43,720 bases of DNA from Rhizobacter sp. (GTDB lineage Bacteria; Pseudomonadota; Gammaproteobacteria; Burkholderiales; Burkholderiaceae_C): positions 1-43,720 of the forward strand of contig JAYUWC010000177.1 of the NCBI GenBank assembly GCA_043753755.1, read 5' to 3'. Under the pieces are notes generated by a model. It saw only the letters and a list, made by a program, of their open reading frames with translations, was not told where the DNA came from and did not search any database. Every line of letters begins with the position of its first letter. Within the stretch, counting starts at the first letter, position 1. Made by a program: the position numbers and the translations under genes. Positions 32,232 to 41,031 of the stretch are shown here, piece after piece.

Positions 32232-33620
32232 TCATCGTCGACCTTGGCGAGCCAAGTCGGTGAAGGTCAAATCGAGGCAGCGGCGGATCAGCGCCATCAT
32301 CTCGTCGATCTGGTTGCGCGTGATCACCAGCGGCGGCGCCACGATCATGCGGTCGCCGACGGCGCGCATGATCAGCCCGTTGCCGAAGCAGTGGCCGCGG
32401 CAGAGCATGCCGACCTCGAGTTCGGGCGCAAACGCTTCGCCGCTCGCGTTGTCTTGCACCAACTGCACGGCGCCCATCAGTCCGCAGGTTTGCACCTCGC
32501 CGACCAGCGGATGTGCGGCGAGCGCCGCAAACTGCTCGGCCAGATACGGGCCGGTGTCGCCTCGCACCTTGTCGACCAGGCCTTCGCGCTGAATCAGCCT
32601 GATGTTGGCGAGCGCCACCGCGCAGGCGACCGGGTGGCCGGAGTAGGTGTAGCCGTGGTTGAACTCGCCGCCGCGCTCGATCAGCACATTTGCGATACGA
32701 CTGCCGACCATCACGCCGCCGAGCGGCACGTAACCCGAGGTCACGCCCTTGGCGAAGGTCATGAGGTCGGGTGTGAAGCTGAAGCGTTCGCAGCCGAACC
32801 AGTGACCGGTTCGGCCGAACCCGCAAATGACTTCGTCGGAGACCAGCAGCACGCCGTATTTGTCGCAGATGCGCTGAATCTCGGGCCAGTACGTCTCTGG
32901 CGGCACGATCACGCCGCCCGCGCCTTGCACCGGCTCGCCGATGAAGGCCGCAACTTTGTCGACCCCAATCTCGAGAATCTTGGCCTCGAGCCAGCCGGCG
33001 GCTTCGAGGCCGAAGGCATCGCGGCTCAGGCCGTTGCCGAGTTCGAACCAGAAGGGCTGCTCGATGTGCGTGATGCCCGGAATCGGCAGGCCGCCTTGCG
33101 CATGCATGCCGGCCATGCCGCCGAGCGAGGCACCAGCCATCGTCGAGCCGTGGTACGCGTTGTGGCGGCTGATGATGACCGTGCGTTCGGGTGCGCCGAG
33201 CAAGTCCCAGTAGCGCCGCACCATGCGCACCACGGTGTCGTTGCCTTCCGAGCCCGAGCCCGAAAAAAACACGTGCGCGAACTGCGGCGGGGTGACCTCG
33301 GCGAGCAGCTCGGCAAGCTCGATCGCGGGCTTCGTGGCGGTTTGAAAGAAGCTGTTGTAGAACGGCAGCTCGGTCATCTGCCTCGTTGCGGCATCGATCA
33401 GATCGCGCTGGCCGTAGCCGACGTTGACGCACCACAGGCCCGACATGCCGTCGAGAATTTTGTGCCCGTCGCTGTCCCAGAGGTAGATGTTGTCTGCCCT
33501 GTCGATGACCCGCGAGCCCTTGCTGGCCAGCGATTTGAAGTCGGTGAACGGGTGCAGGTAGTGCGCGGCGTCGGCGGCCTGCCATTGGGCCGTGGTGCGT
33601 TCGGTCATGCGGTCGGTCAT
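32232..33620 (-). CDS. spuC: class III aminotransferase, putrescine-pyruvate transaminase SpuC-like
   Basis: LHPFTD, DGMSGLWCVNVGYG, SGSEGND, GEPVQGAGG, DEVICGFGRTG and FAKGVTSGY. Located in a polyamine cluster. Confidence 0.85.
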   Translation of the reverse strand: MTDRMTERTTAQWQAADAAHYLHPFTDFKSLASKGSRVIDRADNIYLWDSDGHKILDGMSGLWCVNVGYGQRDLIDAATRQMTELPFYNSFFQTATKPAIELAELLAEVTPPQFAHVFFSGSGSEGNDTVVRMVRRYWDLLGAPERTVIISRHNAYHGSTMAGASLGGMAGMHAQGGLPIPGITHIEQPFWFELGNGLSRDAFGLEAAGWLEAKILEIGVDKVAAFIGEPVQGAGGVIVPPETYWPEIQRICDKYGVLLVSDEVICGFGRTGHWFGCERFSFTPDLMTFAKGVTSGYVPLGGVMVGSRIANVLIERGGEFNHGYTYSGHPVACAVALANIRLIQREGLVDKVRGDTGPYLAEQFAALAAHPLVGEVQTCGLMGAVQLVQDNASGEAFAPELEVGMLCRGHCFGNGLIMRAVGDRMIVAPPLVITRNQIDEMMALIRRCLDLTFTDLARQGRR

Positions 33621-33635
33621 GCGGCGTGTCCTCGG

Positions 33636-35003
33636 TCAAACGTGCAGCAGCAGGTGCTCGCGCTCCCACGGCGAAATCACCTTCATGAATTCGTCGTGCT
33701 CGATCTCCTTGACCTCGGAGTACACCGTGATGAACTCTTTGCCGAGCACGTCGTGCAGGTCTTTCTCGTCGGCGAGCCAGCCGAGCGCTTCGCTCAGCGA
33801 GCGCGGGAGCTGGTACTCGGACAAGTAGGCGTCGCCCTTGCATTCGGGTGCCGGCTCGATCTTGTTTTTCATGCCGAGGTAGCCGCAAGCAAGCGTTGCG
33901 GCGAGTGCGACGTAAGGGTTGGCGTCGGCACCGATCACGCGGTTTTCGATGCGGCGCGCTGCCGCTGTCGCAACCGGCGAGCGGATGCCGACGGTGCGGT
34001 TGTCGCTGCCCCACTGGATGTTGATCGGCGCCGCGGTCGAGCGGGCGAGCCGGCGGTACGAGTTGACGTAGGGTGCGAAGAGCGCCATCGCCGCCGGCGT
34101 GTACTTTTGCAGGCCGCCGATGTACCAAAAGAACTCCTGGCTCGGCGAGCCGTCTTCGTTGCTGAAGATATTTTTTCCGGTGAGGGTGCTCAGGATGCTC
34201 TGGTGCACGTGCATCGCGCTGCCCGGCTCGTTGGCCATCGGCTTCGCCATGAAGGTGGCGTACATCTCGTGGCGCAAGGCAGTTTCGCGAATCGTGCGCT
34301 TGAAGAAGAAGACTTCGTCGGCCAGGCCCAGCGGGTGGTCATGGAAAAAGTTGATTTCCATCTGCCCGGCGCCGACCTCGTGGATCAGCGTGTCGACGTT
34401 CAGCTCCATCTGCGCGCAGTAGGCGTAGATGTCTTCGAACAGCGGATCGAACTCGTTCACCGCGTCGATCGAATAAGCCTGGCGCGAGGTCTCGGCCCGG
34501 CCACTTCGGCCCCTCGGCGGGCGCAACGGCACATTGGGATCGGCGTTGCGCTCGATCAAATAGAACTCGAGCTCTGGTGCGACCACGGGGTTCCAGCCTT
34601 CTGCGGCATACAGGCCGCAGATGCGCCGCAACACCGAGCGCGGCGCATACGGAATCATCCGACCGTCGCGGTCGAAGCAGTCGTGGATCACCTGCGCGGT
34701 CGGGTCGGTGGCCCACGGCACGATGCGCACGGTGCTCGGGTCGGGCCGCAGGTGCATGTCTCGGTCGGTGGGGTGGATGACGTCGTAGTACGGCCCGTCT
34801 TCGGGGAAGTTGCCGGTGACGCCGATGCCGACGATGGCTTCGGGCAAACGCATGCCGCGGTCTTCGGTGAATTTTTCGCGCGGCAAGATCTTGCCGCGCG
34901 CCACACCGGTCAGGTCGGGCACGAGGCATTCGATTTCGGTGACGCGACGTTCGTCGAACCAGGTCTCGAGATCGGCGAACGTGAATTTGCTTTTGTCTTG
35001 CAT
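33636..35003 (-). CDS. glutamine synthetase-like gamma-glutamylpolyamine synthetase (PuuA/SpuB type)
   Basis: PDLTGVARGKI, APELEFYL, HEVGAGQMEINF, FMAKPM..EPGSAMHVHQS and RIENRVIGADANPY. Confidence 0.88.
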   Translation of the reverse strand: MQDKSKFTFADLETWFDERRVTEIECLVPDLTGVARGKILPREKFTEDRGMRLPEAIVGIGVTGNFPEDGPYYDVIHPTDRDMHLRPDPSTVRIVPWATDPTAQVIHDCFDRDGRMIPYAPRSVLRRICGLYAAEGWNPVVAPELEFYLIERNADPNVPLRPPRGRSGRAETSRQAYSIDAVNEFDPLFEDIYAYCAQMELNVDTLIHEVGAGQMEINFFHDHPLGLADEVFFFKRTIRETALRHEMYATFMAKPMANEPGSAMHVHQSILSTLTGKNIFSNEDGSPSQEFFWYIGGLQKYTPAAMALFAPYVNSYRRLARSTAAPINIQWGSDNRTVGIRSPVATAAARRIENRVIGADANPYVALAATLACGYLGMKNKIEPAPECKGDAYLSEYQLPRSLSEALGWLADEKDLHDVLGKEFITVYSEVKEIEHDEFMKVISPWEREHLLLHV

Positions 35004-35091
35004 GAAGCACCTGCGTCAGAAGGCGGTCGCGTGGCTTAGACGGAGCCACCGGAAACGTTGGCACAGCGGGCAGCGCCCGCAAGAAGCACAC

Positions 35092-35904
35092 CTAACGATG
35101 GGGGTCAGGGGGCTCGGTTTCGTGATGCAGCAGGCGTCGGCGATCTCGGTAAGCTTCGCACGCCGCGCCGAACGCCTCGAAGAGCTGCCTTGAGACCGGG
35201 TTGTCCGCGGCCTGCCATTCGGGGTGCCATTGCACGCACAGGTTAAAGCCGCGTGCATCGCCGATCGAGAAGGCTTCGATCAACCCGTCGGGCGCGAGTG
35301 CTTCGGTGCGCAGGCCGGCGGCGAGGCGGTTGACGCCCTGACCATGCACCGAATTGACCCGCACACGAGCGCAACTCGGCAAGCCCCCGAGTACGTGCTC
35401 GAGCACGCCGCCGGGCTGCACCTCGATCTCGTGCGCTGGTCCGTATTCGAGCTCGACCGATGCCTCGTTCGCGCTGCGGTGATCGTTGCGTCCGGCGACC
35501 TCTTGCACTGCCTGATGCAGCGTGCCGCCGAGGGCCACATTAACTTCCTGAAAGCCGCGGCAGATGCCGAACAACGGAAGGCCGCGGGCGATTGCGCGAG
35601 GGATCAACGGCAGCGTCCAAGCGTCGCGGGCCGGGTCGAGCGGCAACGAAGGGTCGTGCACGGCTTCGTCGAAGTGGCTGGGGTGCACGTTGGAGGCCGA
35701 GCCCGTGAGCAGCACGCCGTGCGCCAGGTCGAGCAGCGCGTCGAGTTCATCCAGCGTAGCGCCCGGCACGATCAAAGGCTGGCAGCCGGCGAGGCGCACG
35801 GCATCGATGTATTTTTTGCCGGCGACATGAAACGGATGCTGGCCCAACGTGCGGTTGCAGGCTGGCACCAGAACCAGCGGTTTTGGAGGTGTCGGCGTCG
35901 TCAC
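35092..35904 (-). CDS. puuD: gamma-glutamyl-gamma-aminobutyrate hydrolase (peptidase C26; PuuD/SpuA type)
   Basis: LLTGSASNVHP, GICRGFQEVNVALGGTL, VNSVHGQG and VQWHPE. GTG start uncertain. Confidence 0.88.
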   Translation of the reverse strand: MTTPTPPKPLVLVPACNRTLGQHPFHVAGKKYIDAVRLAGCQPLIVPGATLDELDALLDLAHGVLLTGSASNVHPSHFDEAVHDPSLPLDPARDAWTLPLIPRAIARGLPLFGICRGFQEVNVALGGTLHQAVQEVAGRNDHRSANEASVELEYGPAHEIEVQPGGVLEHVLGGLPSCARVRVNSVHGQGVNRLAAGLRTEALAPDGLIEAFSIGDARGFNLCVQWHPEWQAADNPVSRQLFEAFGAACEAYRDRRRLLHHETEPPDPHR

Positions 35905-36064
35905 AGCATGTCGTTTGTTGAAGGTTGGCCCCCGGCACCCGACCGCGCGGTGGCCGTGTGGTTAAGGAGCTTGGCGATGCGCAGGTCGGGGCTGAGCGCA
36001 GCAATGCCGGGGTGTGGGCTGAAAAAGCTTTTTCGAGACGAGTCGTGGGGCGTCGAATGGCCGA

Positions 36065-37429
36065 TCAGGCGTGTTGCCGGAGCACGTCGGCAATGGTGCT
36101 GACGATCTGGTCGATGGGCCCGCTATCGATGATCAGCGGCGGCGAAAGCGCAATCGTGTCGCCAGTGGTGCGGATCAGCACACCTCGCTCCCAGCAGGCC
36201 AGAAAGGCGTCGAACGCCCGCTTGCCGGGGCTGCCCGCGATTGGCTCGAGCTCGATACCGCCGACCAGGCCGATGTTGCGCACATCGATCACATGCGGCA
36301 AACCGCGAAGCGAGTGAAGCGCGTTCTCGAACACCGGAGCCATCGAAGCCCCGCGAGTGAGCAGGCCGTCTTCGGCATAGGTGTCGAGTGTGGCCAGGGC
36401 GGCGGCGCAGGCGAGCGGGTGACCCGAATAGGTGTAGCCGTGCAAGAACTCGATCAAATGCTCAGGCCCGGCCATGAACGCGTCGTGAATGTGCTGCTTG
36501 ACGAAAACGGCACCCATCGGCACACAGCCATTGGTAATGCCCTTGGCAACCACCATCAAGTCGGGGACGACATCGAAATGGGTCGCCGCGAAGGGTGAGC
36601 CGAGGCGGCCGAAACCGGTGATGACTTCGTCGAAGATCAACAAGATGCCGTGCTTGTCGCAAATCGAGCGCAGGCGCTGCAAATAGCCTTTGGGCGGCAA
36701 CAGCACGCCGGTCGAGCCGGCGACCGGCTCGACGATCACCGCGGCGATCGTCGACGCGTCGTGCAGGGCGACAAGGCGCTCGAGGTCGTCGGCCAACTCG
36801 GCGCCGTGCTCGGGCACGCCGCGCGAAAACGCGTTCTTGCTGAGGTCGTGGGTGTGGCGGATGTGATCGGTACCCGGCAGCAGCGGCCCGAACGATTTGC
36901 GGTTGCCGACGATGCCGCCGACCGAGATGCCGCCAAAGTTGACGCCGTGGTAGCCGCGTTCACGCCCGATCAAGCGGGTTCGCGCGCCATCGCCGCGCGC
37001 GCGGTGGTAGCCGATCGCCATCTTCAGAGCCGTGTCGACCGCCTCGGAGCCCGAGTTGGCGAAGAAGACGCGGTTCAAGGCGGGCGGGGTCAGCTCGATC
37101 AAGCGCTCGGCCAGCTCGAACGATTTGGGGTGGCCCATGTTGAAGCCCGGCGCGAAGTCCATCTCGGCGGCTTGCTGGGCAATGGCCTGCACGATCTTCG
37201 GCCGCGCATGACCGGCGTTGACGCACCAAAGGCCGGCGATGCCGTCGAGGATCTGCCGGCCCTCGGGTGTCCAGTAGTGCACGCCCGAAGCCTTTGCCAG
37301 CAGTCTCGGTGCCTGCTTGAACTGGCGGTTGGCCGTGAACGGCATCCAGTGCGCGTCCATCTTGGGCGAGGCCAGCGGGACAGACGCGCCGGCTGCGGCG
37401 GCGAGGGTGGCGGGGTCGTCTTTGTGCAT
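36065..37429 (-). CDS. omega-amino acid-pyruvate aminotransferase (BauA-like, class III)
   Basis: WMPFTANRQFK, DGIAGLWCVNAGH, NSGSEAVDTALK, EPVAGSTGV, FDEVITGFGRLG and AKGITNG. Confidence 0.88.
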   Translation of the reverse strand: MHKDDPATLAAAAGASVPLASPKMDAHWMPFTANRQFKQAPRLLAKASGVHYWTPEGRQILDGIAGLWCVNAGHARPKIVQAIAQQAAEMDFAPGFNMGHPKSFELAERLIELTPPALNRVFFANSGSEAVDTALKMAIGYHRARGDGARTRLIGRERGYHGVNFGGISVGGIVGNRKSFGPLLPGTDHIRHTHDLSKNAFSRGVPEHGAELADDLERLVALHDASTIAAVIVEPVAGSTGVLLPPKGYLQRLRSICDKHGILLIFDEVITGFGRLGSPFAATHFDVVPDLMVVAKGITNGCVPMGAVFVKQHIHDAFMAGPEHLIEFLHGYTYSGHPLACAAALATLDTYAEDGLLTRGASMAPVFENALHSLRGLPHVIDVRNIGLVGGIELEPIAGSPGKRAFDAFLACWERGVLIRTTGDTIALSPPLIIDSGPIDQIVSTIADVLRQHA

Positions 37430-37663
37430 GGCGAGGGCTCCCAGGGTGACGATTCACCCGCCTCGAGAGTGTGCGAGTGCTATAGCTCGCAGTCTAGACA
37501 CAAGGCCGCGCAATGTGCGACCGGTTTTGTCGCCGGTTGACCCGAGCCGCCGCAATATCGTTCGACGAATCTACGGGAGAGCGACTTAAACGCGAATCAA
37601 AAGATTTGGCAGCGGCGGCAATCGTGCGAAACGCGGGCCAAGTTTCACGACCCGGCAAGGTCG

Positions 37664-37747
37664 ATTCACATCGTGAAATATAGCGATGGTGCGGTGCCGC
37701 AAACCGTTTCACTTTGCGAAATACAAACACCGCATCGTGAAATATAG
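37664..37747. promoter_or_regulatory. array of TTTCAC-N3-GTGAAA-like operator palindromes upstream of aceA
   Basis: ATTCACATCGTGAAA (37664), TTTCACTTTGCGAAA (37707) and CACCGCATCGTGAAA (37728). Perfect 15-bp direct repeat CATCGTGAAATATAG at 37669 and 37733. Confidence 0.6.
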
Positions 37748-37777
37748 ATGCCAAGATATTGATTTTTATGGGACTTA

Positions 37778-37803
37778 TTTTTAGTCTTATATAAGACATA
37801 AGT
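37778..37803. promoter_or_regulatory. GTCTTATATAAGAC palindrome, putative SdhR (GntR/HutC family) operator
   Basis: Perfect 14-bp palindrome at 37784-37797 followed by ATAAG. It resembles the betaproteobacterial TCA-gene motif TCTTATGTCTTATATAAGACATAAGA as I recall it. Confidence 0.7.
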
Positions 37804-37879
37804 CTTTCCAGTCGACACCGGTATCGCTATTCTTGACTGTAGAAATCTCGCCTCTATTCCTACCCGTCAGGAGCCTCCG

Positions 37880-39178
<1,299 letters not shown>

Positions 39179-39293
39179 TTGCGGGCGTGGCCGCGCGTCG
39201 GAAGGCGCCGCGCCGACAAGTCGGAATCGAGACCGGCCCACGAAGCCGAGTCTGACCGTCCAAAGCGCCATGGCCGAAGGCTGGGCGCTTGAC

Positions 39294-39324
39294 GCCCGGT
39301 GGCAGATCGCCACCGGGCTTTTTT
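39294..39324 (+). terminator. intrinsic terminator after aceA
   Basis: GCCCGGTGGC-AGATC-GCCACCGGGC followed by TTTTTT. Confidence 0.85.
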
Positions 39325-39434
39325 ATGCATGATTGCGCCTGCAGGCCGCATCCAGCAACGCTTGTAAGAAAACACGAACGGTTCCGCGCGTTGCGTAAAT
39401 ACCCGTAGAGTTCGGGCCTCTGCCGAGGGCAGGC

Positions 39435-39450
39435 CGGCACGCTGATTGCG
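39435..39450 (+). promoter_or_regulatory. putative sigma54 (-24/-12) promoter of opgGH
   Basis: CGGCACG-CTGA-TTGC has exact GG-N10-GC spacing and lies about 35 nt before the ATG. Confidence 0.55.
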
Positions 39451-39483
39451 TCGTGCCGTCTCACTCCGATGAACGAATAGGGA

Positions 39484-41031
39484 ATGACGCTCGATTCAGC
39501 TGTCCAAACGCTGCGCCGCTTCGGCTTATGGTTGTGGCCCATTTGCCTCGCGCTCGCGACTCCGCTTGCTTCTCATGCGTTCGGTTTCGAGGATGTGGCG
39601 TCACGCGCTCGTGAGCTTTCTGTCGCCGCTTACAAAGCTCCGGTGTCGGCGTTGCCGCAAGAGGTGCGCGACCTCGATTACGACGCCTACCGCGATATTC
39701 GTTTTCGTCCCGAGAAAGCGCTGTGGCGAGCCGAGAAGCTGCCGTTCGAATTGATGTTCTTCCACCCCGGTCGCAGTTTCCAAGTGCCGGTGCGGGTCAA
39801 CACGCTCGACGCCGCGGGTTCGCGCCGTGTCGACTTCGATCCCGCGCTTTTCGACTACGGCCGCAACAAGCTCGACCTCAAAAAGCTGCGCAACGTCGGC
39901 TTCGCCGGGTTCCGTGTGCATTACCCGATCAACAAGCCGGGCTACAAGGACGAGGTGCTGGTGTTTCTCGGCGCAAGCTACTTTCGTGCGGTGGGGCAGG
40001 GGCAAATCTACGGCCTATCGGCCCGCGGCGCAGCGATCGACACCGCGACCGCCACCGGCGAAGACTTCGCCCGCTTCAGTGAGTTTTGGATCGAGCGGCC
40101 CAAGGTGGGTGCTTCGTCTCTCACCATCTACGCGTTGCTCGACTCGCAGCGCATGGCGGGCGCGTACCGCTTCGTTCTGACGCCTGGCGGCGAGACGACG
40201 ATGCAGGTTCAGGCCCGTCTCTATCCGCGTGAGGCCATCACCAAGCTGGGTCTGGCGCCGGTCAACAGCATGTTCCAGTTCGGCGAGAACCAGCCGGGGC
40301 AAGACGACTATCGGCCTGAAGTTCACGATTCAGACGGCCTGTCGATTGCGGGCCCCAATGGCGATTGGATCTGGCGGCCGTTGGTGAATCCGAAGCGCCT
40401 GCTGGTGACCTCGTTCGCATCGATCAACCCAAAAGGTTTCGGCCTGATGCAGCGCGACCGCGCGCCGACCAGCTACGAAGACCCCGAGGCGCTTTACGAA
40501 CGCCGGCCGAGCGTGTGGGTCGAACCGATCGGCAACTGGGGGGCAGGGCGGGTCGAGCTGGTGCAGATCCCGACGCCCGATGAAACCAACGACAACATCG
40601 TCGCCTTCTGGGTGCCCGACAAGCCGCCAGCCGCGAAGCAGCCCTTCAACTTTGCCTACCGTTTGCATTGGCAAATGAGCGGCACCGTTCCCACGAGCAA
40701 GGGCTGGGTCACGCAAAGCCGCCGCGGCCGCGGCTATGTGAAGCAAGCCGACGGCGACATCAATTTCGTCGTCGATTTCGACGGCCCCGCTCTGCGGTCG
40801 TTGAAGGCTGACGCGAAATTGCAAGCCAGTGTCGACACCGGCGGCAACGCGCAGCTGCGCGAGCAGAACCTGTTTCGCAATCAGGTCAGCGGCGCGTGGC
40901 GCATGACGGTGCGTGTCAAGCGCACCGATGCGGCCAAGCCGATCGAGTTGCGCGCCGAGATCAAGCAGGCCAATCAGCCCATCACCGAAACCTGGAGCTA
41001 CATCGTTCCGCCCGAATCGGAGAAGCCGTGA
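39484..41031 (+). CDS. opgG: osmoregulated periplasmic glucan biosynthesis protein G
   Basis: Signal peptide, YRDIRF, VFLGASYFRAVG, YGLSARG, RPEVHDSDGL, GFGLMQRDR and ETNDNIVAFW. Confidence 0.95.
   Translation: MTLDSAVQTLRRFGLWLWPICLALATPLASHAFGFEDVASRARELSVAAYKAPVSALPQEVRDLDYDAYRDIRFRPEKALWRAEKLPFELMFFHPGRSFQVPVRVNTLDAAGSRRVDFDPALFDYGRNKLDLKKLRNVGFAGFRVHYPINKPGYKDEVLVFLGASYFRAVGQGQIYGLSARGAAIDTATATGEDFARFSEFWIERPKVGASSLTIYALLDSQRMAGAYRFVLTPGGETTMQVQARLYPREAITKLGLAPVNSMFQFGENQPGQDDYRPEVHDSDGLSIAGPNGDWIWRPLVNPKRLLVTSFASINPKGFGLMQRDRAPTSYEDPEALYERRPSVWVEPIGNWGAGRVELVQIPTPDETNDNIVAFWVPDKPPAAKQPFNFAYRLHWQMSGTVPTSKGWVTQSRRGRGYVKQADGDINFVVDFDGPALRSLKADAKLQASVDTGGNAQLREQNLFRNQVSGAWRMTVRVKRTDAAKPIELRAEIKQANQPITETWSYIVPPESEKP

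Noticed and set aside
32052-35039. 995-aa plus-strand ORF antisense to spuC and the GS-like gene
   Set aside because: Shadow ORF produced by high-GC codon bias. It has no recognisable motifs and fully overlaps well-supported genes. The same applies to 194-1864, 14334-15935 and 40998-42623.
34339-35904. Read-through fusion of puuD with the GS-like gene
   Set aside because: The ORF after the puuD TAG is in a different frame from the GS-like gene.
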